A stretch of DNA of 64,000 nucleotides from contig CAYWDH010000001.1 in assembly GCA_964456985.1 (NCBI GenBank), positions 17,975 through 81,974 of the forward strand, given 5' to 3'. Source of the DNA: an uncultured Eubacteriales bacterium. GTDB lineage: Bacteria; Acidobacteriota; Aminicenantia; Aminicenantales; Aminicenantaceae. A program made the position numbers and the translations under genes. Below the pieces are notes generated by a model that ran no database searches, was not told where the DNA came from, and saw only the letters and a list, made by a program, of their open reading frames with translations. Shown one piece after another: positions 54,769 to 63,525 of this stretch (position 1 is its first letter; each line of letters opens with the position of its first letter).

Positions 54769-56940
54769 ATGAAAAAGTACAGATTTTTAATACTGATTAT
54801 CCTGTATACTCTGTTGTCTCTGGCTTCCATCTATTTTCTTGTGCCTGATTTCAACTCTCAATTAGCTCTTCACACCCATGCTGATAACTATATTGCTGTG
54901 GGCATTCTCATGCACAACATAAAAGCCATATCAGCCCTTGATTTTTCAAATCTCTATCATTTCCCCATTTTCTATCCCTACTCTTTTACTCTGACCGCCG
55001 GAGTGAACTTTTTCGGCCAGAGCCTTCTGTTAACACCATTTTATCTGTTCGGCATAAGAAACATATACACTCTCTACAACCTGATGCTTCTTATGTCTTT
55101 GATTCTGGGAGGATTTGCTGTCTACTACTTAACAAGATATCTCATCAAAAACGGGACCGTTTCACTCATGTCAGGGGCCTTGTATATACTCCTTCCCATG
55201 AAACAAATCAACTATCCCCATCCCGCCATGTTGTTTTTCCCCTTGTCTATCTTTGCTGTGTTTTTTCTCTTCAGATACATGCAAAAATCTCGATGGACAG
55301 ATGCTTTTCTCTTCTATGTTTTTCTCTTTCTTCAGGCTCTTACTTCTCTCTCTTTGTTTTTTCTTACGTCTCTTTTCTGTGTGGTCTTATTTATTATATC
55401 TCTCGTCATCAAAAGGAAAATCTCCTTAAGAAACATGGCCCACTTGAGCATAGGATTGATCCTCCTGGCAGTATTCATACTGGCTGTATTCTATCCCTAC
55501 TTCTCAAACCCCCTGGACATCTCCTACAAGCAGCAACACATCGGAAAAGCAGTACTTATCTCTTCTCTTGATTTCTACTCGTCCTGGTTTCCTCTGACTT
55601 TTAAATTTCTCAGAGGCCGTCCCTCTCCATTGTATTTAGGAATCATAGCCTCGTTTCTTATCTTTTATTTTTTTTATTCTAAAACAGAAAGAAAATATCT
55701 CCGGACAGCAAACTATGCCCTGTTTGTCCTTCTGGTGCTTCCTGTATTCTTTGTGTTCTGGAGAGCGATTCCTCTGGAAAATCTGTTTAAAATGCTGGAC
55801 CCCTTTGTTCTCTGTGTGATCCTTGTATTTATTCTTAATACCCTCTTTATATGGAAGCACATCTCTATAAATGAGAAAATTCTCCTTGGGGGAATACTTT
55901 TTACTTTTTTAAGTTATTTTAAAGCTCTGTACAGATTTATTCCCTTTAAGTATAATTTTCTCAGCTTTATAGCCTCGTTTCTTCCTCAAATAAACCGCTT
56001 AAAAGGAGAATGGAAATTAAGGTATTATTTCATTTTTCTCTGGATCCTGCTTGCCTTTCTGGGATACAAAGCCCTTGTTAAAAACATGAAAGACAAAAAA
56101 GGAAAAGTTGCCCTCACCGTTCTTATAGGAGGGCTCGTTCTCTTTGAAAATTTTCCTCCTCCTATAAGGACAGGTCCGCTTCTCGAATACAATCCCTCTG
56201 TTAAAAACCTTTACAATGAGATCACAGACCTGCCGGATTATTACGGTATGCTGGAACTCCCTCATTATAAAGGAGGATGGAATGACTTGAAGATCTACTC
56301 CCTTATGACTCTCTTCCATAACAAACACATCTACAATGGCTACTATGGTGCAGGTGTTTATGATCCCCTGGATATCTTTAAACGTGGATACTTCCACCCT
56401 GCGGAGAATATCCCCGGAGATATTGCCGATAAAAAAATAATCGATTATCTGAGAGATAATGGAATTAAAATCATCATCTTCCACAAATCCATGCTGGTCA
56501 TAGGTGAAAGATCAGGTAAAGACACCGCAAAAAAGACACAGCAGGAAAACAGAATCTGGAGCGATGTCATATCCGGCTTTAAAAAGGCCGGTCAAATGGG
56601 CCTTCTCAGTAGAGTTGAGGTGCTTCCTGAGGGCATCGTAGGAGTCATCGCTGAAAAAAGAAAGGGGGAAACATTTTTTTACCAGCTCCCTTATTACTCT
56701 CTCAAATCAAAAAAATACATCCGGCTGGACATTGAAAAAACAGATCAGGAAGCCGTGCGTATATCCATTAGTCTTAACGGACAATTCCTGTACGAAGGCC
56801 GTATTGAAGAAGAGAGAAAACAGATTGCTATCAAAGTCCCGGATAAAAAGACATTAAACGCCAGAGGGAACCGACTGGAAATCAAAAGTACTGAAGAGGT
56901 GATAATAAATAATTTCTCTCTTTCTCGCTCATCTTTTTAA
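54769..56940 (+). CDS. Large integral membrane protein (GT-C-like / YfhO-like architecture): N-terminal ~13 TM helices plus a C-terminal soluble domain
   Basis: 723 aa. The hydrophobic N-terminal 450 aa and soluble C-terminal ~250 aa resemble glycosyl- or arabinosyl-transferase-type membrane enzymes. No firm motif. Confidence 0.45.
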   Translation: MKKYRFLILIILYTLLSLASIYFLVPDFNSQLALHTHADNYIAVGILMHNIKAISALDFSNLYHFPIFYPYSFTLTAGVNFFGQSLLLTPFYLFGIRNIYTLYNLMLLMSLILGGFAVYYLTRYLIKNGTVSLMSGALYILLPMKQINYPHPAMLFFPLSIFAVFFLFRYMQKSRWTDAFLFYVFLFLQALTSLSLFFLTSLFCVVLFIISLVIKRKISLRNMAHLSIGLILLAVFILAVFYPYFSNPLDISYKQQHIGKAVLISSLDFYSSWFPLTFKFLRGRPSPLYLGIIASFLIFYFFYSKTERKYLRTANYALFVLLVLPVFFVFWRAIPLENLFKMLDPFVLCVILVFILNTLFIWKHISINEKILLGGILFTFLSYFKALYRFIPFKYNFLSFIASFLPQINRLKGEWKLRYYFIFLWILLAFLGYKALVKNMKDKKGKVALTVLIGGLVLFENFPPPIRTGPLLEYNPSVKNLYNEITDLPDYYGMLELPHYKGGWNDLKIYSLMTLFHNKHIYNGYYGAGVYDPLDIFKRGYFHPAENIPGDIADKKIIDYLRDNGIKIIIFHKSMLVIGERSGKDTAKKTQQENRIWSDVISGFKKAGQMGLLSRVEVLPEGIVGVIAEKRKGETFFYQLPYYSLKSKKYIRLDIEKTDQEAVRISISLNGQFLYEGRIEEERKQIAIKVPDKKTLNARGNRLEIKSTEEVIINNFSLSRSSF

Positions 56941-56987
56941 CAAAAAAATGCTCATCGCCATTTTTTCATGAATAGGTCAGGCAAGTT
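56941..56987 (+). repeat. Copy 1 of a ~45-nt direct repeat (CAAAAAAATGCTCATCGCCATTTTTTCATGAATAGGTCAGG)
   Basis: About 85% identical to 59005-59056. It contains an AAAAAAATG/CATTTTTT inverted pair and begins 1 nt after the stop of the 723-aa gene. Confidence 0.7.
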
Positions 56988-57066
56988 ATGGTTGATTGAA
57001 AAAGAGCAATATTCTATGATGTAGCGGGATAAATCATAATCTTTTTGAATAGTCCGGATTATAAAC

Positions 57067-57936
57067 TTGAGGAGTATAAACATGAAAAAAGTCAGAATAT
57101 TTTTTACTTTTCTCTCTGTAATCGCTTTGATTTTTCCTCTGTATACACAAGCACAGAGAGAGACCCCACCCATTGAAATTACAAAAGTCACAGAGAGTCT
57201 ATATGAGGTTACAGGCGGCAGCGGTGCTAACACCGGTTTTTTTATAGGAAAAAATCAGGTTCTCGTCATTGACTCAAAAATGAGCAAGGAATCAGCTGTT
57301 CAAATGATAGAAGAGATCAAAAAGCTCACTTCAAATCCTATCAAATATGTAGTCCTCACTCACAGCGATGGAGACCATGTAAACGGCCTTTCTGGCTTTC
57401 CCAAAGGAATTGACGTTCTTTCCCATAGCAACACCCTTCTGCATATGGATAAAGCATTTGAAGATCAGGAGTTGAGAGAACATCTGCCAAACATCACATT
57501 CAGCAATGAACTGGACCTCACCATTGGAGAAGAAAAAATAAGACTCATTTACTTTTACCCGGCTCATACTGACGGCGATATTGTTGTTTTCTTCCCTGCA
57601 CAGAAAGTTGCGTTTATCGGAGACTTAATCTTTCTGGACAGGGATCCACTGATACATAAACACAAAAACGGAAATTCCTTCGGACTGGTTAAAACATTAA
57701 AAGGAATTCTGGAACTGGAAGCAGATACCTTTATCCACGGACATGGGGAAATAGCCCATAAAAAGGAAATACAGGATCTTGTCAATTCCCTTGTGAGAAA
57801 ACAGGAAAGAATAAAGGATCTGATACAACAAGGAAAATCTTTAGAAGAAGTGAAAAAGGAATTCGGAATAGAAGAAAGCCAGAGCCGGTGGCCCAGTATC
57901 GTGGAAATCATCTACTCAGAGCTTAAGAACCTTTAA
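57067..57936 (+). CDS. Secreted MBL-fold metallo-hydrolase
   Basis: Signal peptide. The metal-binding block VLTHSDGDHVNG is an atypical variant of HxHxDH. Downstream His residues are present (HGHGE). Confidence 0.75.
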   Translation: MRSINMKKVRIFFTFLSVIALIFPLYTQAQRETPPIEITKVTESLYEVTGGSGANTGFFIGKNQVLVIDSKMSKESAVQMIEEIKKLTSNPIKYVVLTHSDGDHVNGLSGFPKGIDVLSHSNTLLHMDKAFEDQELREHLPNITFSNELDLTIGEEKIRLIYFYPAHTDGDIVVFFPAQKVAFIGDLIFLDRDPLIHKHKNGNSFGLVKTLKGILELEADTFIHGHGEIAHKKEIQDLVNSLVRKQERIKDLIQQGKSLEEVKKEFGIEESQSRWPSIVEIIYSELKNL

Positions 57937-58731
57937 ATGCAGACCCTTCCATCCGTATATCCTCGCATACTCATGCCCCCCTATGACGAGAGAGAGAACA
58001 GCTATTGTCCGCTGAAAACCCATAATATGCTCATAACCCGTGTGATCTACAAAAAAAAGAACCACACATAAGACAAGAAAAACAGATCCTAATATCTTTT
58101 GCCCGATCCCTTTCCAAGCCCAGGGAGTTCTCTTTGAAATCTCAAGCCCTACCCAGACAGATATCCATCCCAGTGCAGCACCAGCTAAGACATCAATCGG
58201 CCAATGCACTCCGACCACCATACGGGCAGCCGCTATTATGGAAGCCAATCCAACAAACAGCAGCCGAAGCCGGTTTCTTTTTACTGTCAGAGAAAAAACT
58301 CCTGCCAAACTGAATATCATGGAAGCATGTCCTGAGGGAAAAGAATTATATCCCCAGTCAGGGCCGATTAAATGGAAGCTCTCAGAAGAAAGAACACTCG
58401 GGGGCCTGGGAATTCGGGAAATATGCTTCAATGCCTGCCCGAATATTGTAAAAAGAACCGCAGCGATTAAGACAGCCCAAATCAACCGAGGCTTCCGGTA
58501 AATAAGGGGAAATAGAACGACGAACACCACCAATCCATCTGAAAGACACGTGAGAAAAGCCCAGAACATATCCCCTGTTATCTGGGAAGCTTGGTTGATG
58601 AGAAAAAATAAGGCTTTATTTGAGCCAGATATGAGGACCGCTCCTGCCAGAACAAGAAACACACACGGAGGAAGCCACACCCATAAAGAGGTGGCAGTAA
58701 GGGATTCGGAATCCCGGAATCCAGTAGGCAT
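57916..58731 (-). CDS. PAP2-family (type-2 phosphatidic acid / undecaprenyl-PP-type) phosphatase
   Basis: The three PAP2 motifs are present: KHISRIPRPP, FPSGHAS and AARMVVGVHWPIDVLAG. About 6 TM helices. Confidence 0.85.
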   Translation of the reverse strand: MPTGFRDSESLTATSLWVWLPPCVFLVLAGAVLISGSNKALFFLINQASQITGDMFWAFLTCLSDGLVVFVVLFPLIYRKPRLIWAVLIAAVLFTIFGQALKHISRIPRPPSVLSSESFHLIGPDWGYNSFPSGHASMIFSLAGVFSLTVKRNRLRLLFVGLASIIAAARMVVGVHWPIDVLAGAALGWISVWVGLEISKRTPWAWKGIGQKILGSVFLVLCVVLFFVDHTGYEHIMGFQRTIAVLSLVIGGHEYARIYGWKGLHLKVLKL

Positions 58732-58762
58732 TTAATTGGAAAAAATATTTACTTAAAAATAT

Positions 58763-58933
58763 TTATAAAGCATTTCCCAGATAAAAAGGCCATATGATCA
58801 AGGCTAAAACAGCCTTCCAGAAGGTCAAATCAGCAAATCCTATGGTAAACAACCAGCCTATAAACCAGAGAGGGCCTATCAAACTGGCTTTTCCACCCAT
58901 ATTTCCTCTTTTTTCTTTGTCTCCTTCTTTCAT
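58763..58933 (-). CDS. Unannotated small membrane protein (56 aa, 2 TM): MKEGDKEKRGNMGGKASLIGPLWFIGWLFTIGFADLTFWKAVLALIIWPFYLGNAL
   Basis: Hand-translated from the minus strand. An AAGGAG ribosome-binding site lies 6 nt upstream of the ATG. It sits between the flippase-like gene and the PAP2 gene in the same orientation. It is below the 60-aa cutoff of the ORF track. Confidence 0.5.
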   Translation of the reverse strand: MKEGDKEKRGNMGGKASLIGPLWFIGWLFTIGFADLTFWKAVLALIIWPFYLGNAL

Positions 58934-59004
58934 AACACACTCCTTGTTTTTTCCTAAAACCCGTGTTTCTTACAACATCCATAATAATCAAATTATAAAT
59001 AAAT

Positions 59005-59056
59005 CAAAACAAAAAATGCTCATCGCCATTTCTTTATGAATAGTACAGGTTAATTC
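59005..59056 (+). repeat. Copy 2 of the ~45-nt direct repeat (CAAAACAAAAAATGCTCATCGCCATTTCTTTATGAATAGTACAGG)
   Basis: Aligns with 56941-56987 through the identical core AAAAAATGCTCATCGCCATTT followed by ATGAATAG. It abuts the 3' end of the minus-strand gene that ends at 59055. Confidence 0.7.
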
Positions 59057-60044
59057 AAGAATGAGTCGCATCCCGCCGCAGTCTCCTGGTTCCTATGACA
59101 CAAAGCCCGAATCCTGCCCAGAATAAGGCTAAAATTCTTCTGAAAATGGTGACAGACATACCTAAATCAGCACTGAATCCCATCAAAACAAAAAGGCCTA
59201 CATACGTAGCTTCATAAGTCCCTAACGAAGCAGGAACATTGGGAACAAAAAAGACAACTGTCCCAAGGGTTACGATGAGGAAACTTACCAGGAAGTCCAC
59301 TTTCTCTCCACTCAAGAAAATCATGGTTAAATAGATTTCAAAAACCCAGTACATATGGAGCAACAGGTAATATATAAAAATTCTTAAAAATTCTTTTTTA
59401 TTTTGGCTGTAAAAATCTGAAACATAGTCATCGGTTTCCCTGATTTTCTCTCTTTTTTCTTCAAAAAAAGACAGCTTGATTCTTATTCTCTGCAAACATT
59501 GAACAAACCATGTTAAAAGTCCTTTTCTTTGCTTTAAGAAAATAAAAAGAACAAGAAGAATAGCCAATAGAATCCCTGTCATCGAGATATATTTAAATCC
59601 ATCGGGAACCGAAATCCTGAAAACAGCCACCAGTACTCCTATGATTGTTAACAGCAGTGCCGTTATAATCTCTATAGTTTTGTCGACAATGACAGAGGCA
59701 AGGACTTTAGTTTTATTCAAGCTTGATACAGACATAATCCTAAAGACTTCCCCTCCAAAATAAGAGGCTGGAGTTAAATAGCTCACTGCGTGTCCTGCCA
59801 TCCGGGCAGAAAAAAGATTCGAAAAAGAATAAGAGTCCCCATAGCACCGGCACACTCTTTTCCAGATATAAGTCCGAATCCCCCAGTAGATCAGTCTCAG
59901 GATAAAAAGTATGACCAGGCTCGTCCAGGTCAGTTTACTGATATTTTTTAGGATATTCATGGGGCCTATCTTAACAATGAGAAAAACAAAAAGGCAGGCC
60001 CCGATAACAAAAGCAAATTTAAAAATAATTCTTCTGCTCTTCAT
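59055..60044 (-). CDS. Lysylphosphatidylglycerol-synthase-TM-like / flippase-like (UPF0104) membrane protein
   Basis: 329 aa with about 8 TM helices. The N-terminal pattern (KIGPMNILKNISKLTWTSLVILFILRLIYWGIRTYIWK) resembles the LPG_synthase_TM family. Confidence 0.55.
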   Translation of the reverse strand: MKSRRIIFKFAFVIGACLFVFLIVKIGPMNILKNISKLTWTSLVILFILRLIYWGIRTYIWKRVCRCYGDSYSFSNLFSARMAGHAVSYLTPASYFGGEVFRIMSVSSLNKTKVLASVIVDKTIEIITALLLTIIGVLVAVFRISVPDGFKYISMTGILLAILLVLFIFLKQRKGLLTWFVQCLQRIRIKLSFFEEKREKIRETDDYVSDFYSQNKKEFLRIFIYYLLLHMYWVFEIYLTMIFLSGEKVDFLVSFLIVTLGTVVFFVPNVPASLGTYEATYVGLFVLMGFSADLGMSVTIFRRILALFWAGFGLCVIGTRRLRRDATHS

Positions 60045-60096
60045 TCAAATCAATGGTTGACTGAAAGATATCATTAGCCGTATCACAAAAAAAATG

Positions 60097-60861
60097 TTAA
60101 TTTGGACATTTGTTGTTTAAAAAAGTAATAATTCTATAGATCTCATCTTCGGGAAAAGCTTTCATAAAGTAGGACTCCTCAACATCTTCCGGATAATGGT
60201 CTGCTTCAGAATGAACGATTAAAAGGTCTTTGGCACCTTTTTTAAAAGCTTCCAATGAATACTCATAGTTGATTGTCCTATCTTTTTTATTAATGATCAA
60301 TGCATAAGGAAGTCTCTGAAAGCTCAGAGGCTCTTCATTGTTAAGTATGATTTGTGCTGTTTCAAAAAAAGTTTTCCCGTCCATATGCTCAAGAATAACC
60401 GTCACCCGGTCTCTTGGATAGGAGCTGTACAAATAGGCCGCACTTTGGAACATTCTTTTTTGCCATATGATTCTGGACAGCTTTAAGTTGACAAAAAAAC
60501 TGGACATAAAATTATAAAACGTCTTTTTTCCCTTCTTCAGTTTTAAAGAATGCTTGTTAATATAGGGAAATATGGCAACAACTCCCTTGCATTTCCCGTC
60601 AAGACAAATGTTGTTGACTATCAGAAAACCAAATGATATCCCTGCTATTATATAGTGATCTAAATCGAATTCGTCAATTTTCCCAGATACGAAGTCAGAA
60701 TAAGCTTGAATGGAAATCTCTTCCAGAGGAGGAGAATGCTTTTCGAAACCCGGAAGGTCAATAAAATAAAGGTTGAAGTATTTGTTTAAATAATTGATGA
60801 GCCCTTTTAAAAGAATGCTGTTCGTGTAAAACGCATTTACCAGAACTAAATTTTCTCTCAC
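60097..60861 (-). CDS. Putative alpha/beta-hydrolase-fold protein
   Basis: IDLPGFEKH (DLPGxGxS-like), nucleophile elbow GISFG and a C-terminal HSEADH His. First gene of the operon on the minus strand. Confidence 0.45.
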   Translation of the reverse strand: MRENLVLVNAFYTNSILLKGLINYLNKYFNLYFIDLPGFEKHSPPLEEISIQAYSDFVSGKIDEFDLDHYIIAGISFGFLIVNNICLDGKCKGVVAIFPYINKHSLKLKKGKKTFYNFMSSFFVNLKLSRIIWQKRMFQSAAYLYSSYPRDRVTVILEHMDGKTFFETAQIILNNEEPLSFQRLPYALIINKKDRTINYEYSLEAFKKGAKDLLIVHSEADHYPEDVEESYFMKAFPEDEIYRIITFLNNKCPN

Positions 60862-61047
60862 TTAATCCCTATCGTCTCAAATCTGCTCACTTAAGGCTGA
60901 TTATCCAGGTTATTTATCAAAGATTATTATCATATGAAAATTATGCCGTCAACACAAATATTTAATGAAAACGTATCATATAAAACGGAAATAATATTAT
61001 CATAATACCTACAATTAACTTGACATCACACCAAAAGAAAAATATTC

Positions 61048-63294
61048 TTGATTCTCATGTTTGGTGAACCAAATTTAGCTTTTTTATTGAAAAGATTTGG
61101 GACTTTTTTCCTCGTATTTCTTTTTTTCTGCCTTCCTATTTTATGCCAGGTCAGTAACTCTGAAGAGGAAGAGGAAACTCCGGCTTTAAAGATCACAGAA
61201 CCCATCCTTTTAGATGGCAAGTTTGAAGAGAATGTATGGAAAAACGCTCCTGAAGCCAATAGTCTTCTTTACATACATTCGGACCGAGCCGATGCCTCCG
61301 ACGTCAAAACATCCGTTAAGATCCTCTACGATGCCTCACATATTTATATCGGATTTTCCTGCTTTGATTCAAACCCAGACCTTATAAGAGGAGAGATGAC
61401 CATAAAAGATGCTGACCTTAGAACCGATGATTCAGTCTATGTACTTCTAGAGACCACTAGCGATAAGAATGACTACTATTTTTTCGGTACAAATATAATG
61501 GGAACCCTGCTGGATGCAAAAATCTCCAAGGACGGAACAAAGATCGATACCGGTTGGGATGGTTCATGGAATACAGCATCCGCTTTGGAAGAGAACGAGT
61601 GGAATGCAGAAATTTCCATCAATTTGATTGATTTAGGATATGAAGAGGGCGCAGATATAAATATAGGAATCAGTCTGTCCAGGGTGGTTCCCCGTTTGGA
61701 TTCCCTGCTCTGGGCAGGCCCGCTCGACCCCATTTTCAATCTGGATGAACCCCTGCTCATAAAAAGCTTGTTTCTTCTCGCAAAATGGAAAGCATTCAGC
61801 TTCAATCCCTATATTCTTCCGGGTTATATAACCGGAGAAAAGGCAGGATTAAAAGAAGCGGGATTCGATGCTTCTTTTTCTCCCCATAAAAATTTTTCGA
61901 GTTCTGTGACCGTAAATCCTGACTTTGCCACCATAGAACCGGTTGACGAAAAGATTAACCTTACGATGTTCGAACTTAAATTGGCTGATAAAAGGCCTTT
62001 CTTTTTTAAAAATATAAAACCATTCGATGAAAATTTTAGTCTGTTTTATCCGCTGCGGATTGGAGACCTCTACGGTGGACTAAAGTTTCAAGGAAAGACA
62101 GGACCGATTGAGTTCTCGGGAATCAGCACACAAACCAAAAAAGAAGAAGAAATCCAAAGCGCTAACTTTTCTTTTCTAAACGTAAGCGTACAACCCATAA
62201 ATTCAGTTACTGTTTCTCTCACTGCCTCCAATAAGATCCTTAAGAAACAAAGCAACGGGGCCGCTGCTGTGAGCATGGAATGGAAACCAACGCAAACAAC
62301 AACTCTTGGAGGTCAATTCTTATTGAGCTATGGGGACTTTTCAGAAAACAGATCTGCCTCCTTTTTAAGACTTTATTTTGACCCTCCCTCCTTTTATTTC
62401 CATTTAGATCTAAAAAGGATCGAAAAGAATTTTTGGGAAAACGCCAACCAGGTCGGATATATCGTGGATGATGACAGACAGGAGATCGAAGCCTCTTTAG
62501 GAAAGTCATTCCCCTTAAATGTTATGGGAATCAGTGTCATAGACTATGACTCTTACTATGATGTTTACTGGAGCACTGATAGCAAACTCAGGAGCTGGGA
62601 AATCGATCAAAAACTATCCTTTCATTTCCGCACATTCTGGAAGATTTCCCTCCTCCAGTCCTGGGATTATAAATTCAATAATCTTTTCCCCGAAGGAATC
62701 GCCGAACACGGCGATTCACTTCTCACAGAGGAATGGGAGGATTTCTACCTCTCACTGGGTACGCTTCCGTATTTTGATCAGAACTATGTTTTTAACCTTC
62801 TCAATCCTACAACAGGCAGGTTCTATAAAATATATTCAGGTGACAGGGAATATCACGGTCACCTCACTCAATTGACTTCCGGTTTTTATAAAGAAAAAGG
62901 AAACACTTTCTTCCTTTCCATTGGGTGGGGGAAGTTTTTTGCTCACGTTTTTAATTGTTATGAGGCCTACAAGGACTTTATTATCTCTAATAAATTTTTA
63001 CTCGGAATCAGAGCGAATTTTATCAGATACAAATATGATATTCCCCCTGCTTACACAAGCACGAGAATATACATTCTGGAAGGAACTTATGATATAGATA
63101 GGAACAGAAATCTCCGGATCTATTTCCAGCACAACTCAGCCTTTAAAAAATTTAATCTTTATTTGAATTATCACTGGATAATTATCCCGTCTGGAGGAGT
63201 GCTGGATCTTGTTTACACAAGAGATCTTTCTGGCATTGGAGAGGAAGGCAACAATGACCAGGCTGTTTATACCAAATTTACGTATTCCTTCTGA
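61048..63294 (+). CDS. CBM9-like plus DUF5916 outer-membrane beta-barrel-type protein
   Basis: Signal peptide. N-terminal carbohydrate-binding family-9-like region (LDGKFEENVWKNAPEA...YIGFSCFD). Long beta-rich C-terminal part ending in the aromatic terminal residue ...KFTYSF, which is typical of outer-membrane beta-barrels. Confidence 0.65.
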   Translation: MILMFGEPNLAFLLKRFGTFFLVFLFFCLPILCQVSNSEEEEETPALKITEPILLDGKFEENVWKNAPEANSLLYIHSDRADASDVKTSVKILYDASHIYIGFSCFDSNPDLIRGEMTIKDADLRTDDSVYVLLETTSDKNDYYFFGTNIMGTLLDAKISKDGTKIDTGWDGSWNTASALEENEWNAEISINLIDLGYEEGADINIGISLSRVVPRLDSLLWAGPLDPIFNLDEPLLIKSLFLLAKWKAFSFNPYILPGYITGEKAGLKEAGFDASFSPHKNFSSSVTVNPDFATIEPVDEKINLTMFELKLADKRPFFFKNIKPFDENFSLFYPLRIGDLYGGLKFQGKTGPIEFSGISTQTKKEEEIQSANFSFLNVSVQPINSVTVSLTASNKILKKQSNGAAAVSMEWKPTQTTTLGGQFLLSYGDFSENRSASFLRLYFDPPSFYFHLDLKRIEKNFWENANQVGYIVDDDRQEIEASLGKSFPLNVMGISVIDYDSYYDVYWSTDSKLRSWEIDQKLSFHFRTFWKISLLQSWDYKFNNLFPEGIAEHGDSLLTEEWEDFYLSLGTLPYFDQNYVFNLLNPTTGRFYKIYSGDREYHGHLTQLTSGFYKEKGNTFFLSIGWGKFFAHVFNCYEAYKDFIISNKFLLGIRANFIRYKYDIPPAYTSTRIYILEGTYDIDRNRNLRIYFQHNSAFKKFNLYLNYHWIIIPSGGVLDLVYTRDLSGIGEEGNNDQAVYTKFTYSF

Positions 63295-63480
63295 TTTGTT
63301 ATTGATCACCAGCGTATTATCTCTTGATCATCTTTGCTCTGTTCTTAAAAAAGCACATATGTATCCTGATTTGGTCAAAAGAAGCGCCTCATATCATTCC
63401 ACGATGCCTGAGAACGATTGGCATAAAAATTGCGCTGTTATTATACATAGAAAGAGTTGAATACTATCAAAAACAAGAGA

Positions 63481-63508
63481 TTGACAGGATAAAAGTTTGT
63501 AATATAAT
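63481..63508 (+). promoter_or_regulatory. Textbook sigma70 promoter TTGACA-N16-TATAAT
   Basis: TTGACA at 63481-63486 and TATAAT at 63503-08. It is followed by an AAGGAGG ribosome-binding site at 63513-63519 and the ATG at 63526. Confidence 0.65.
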
Positions 63509-63525
63509 AAAAAAGGAGGGATTCC

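Noticed and set aside
58794-59039. Plus-strand 81-aa ORF between the PAP2 and flippase-like genes
   Set aside because: It is low-complexity and lacks a ribosome-binding site. It overlaps a better-supported minus-strand 56-aa gene that has a canonical ribosome-binding site. Its C-terminus is simply the repeated 45-nt element read in frame.
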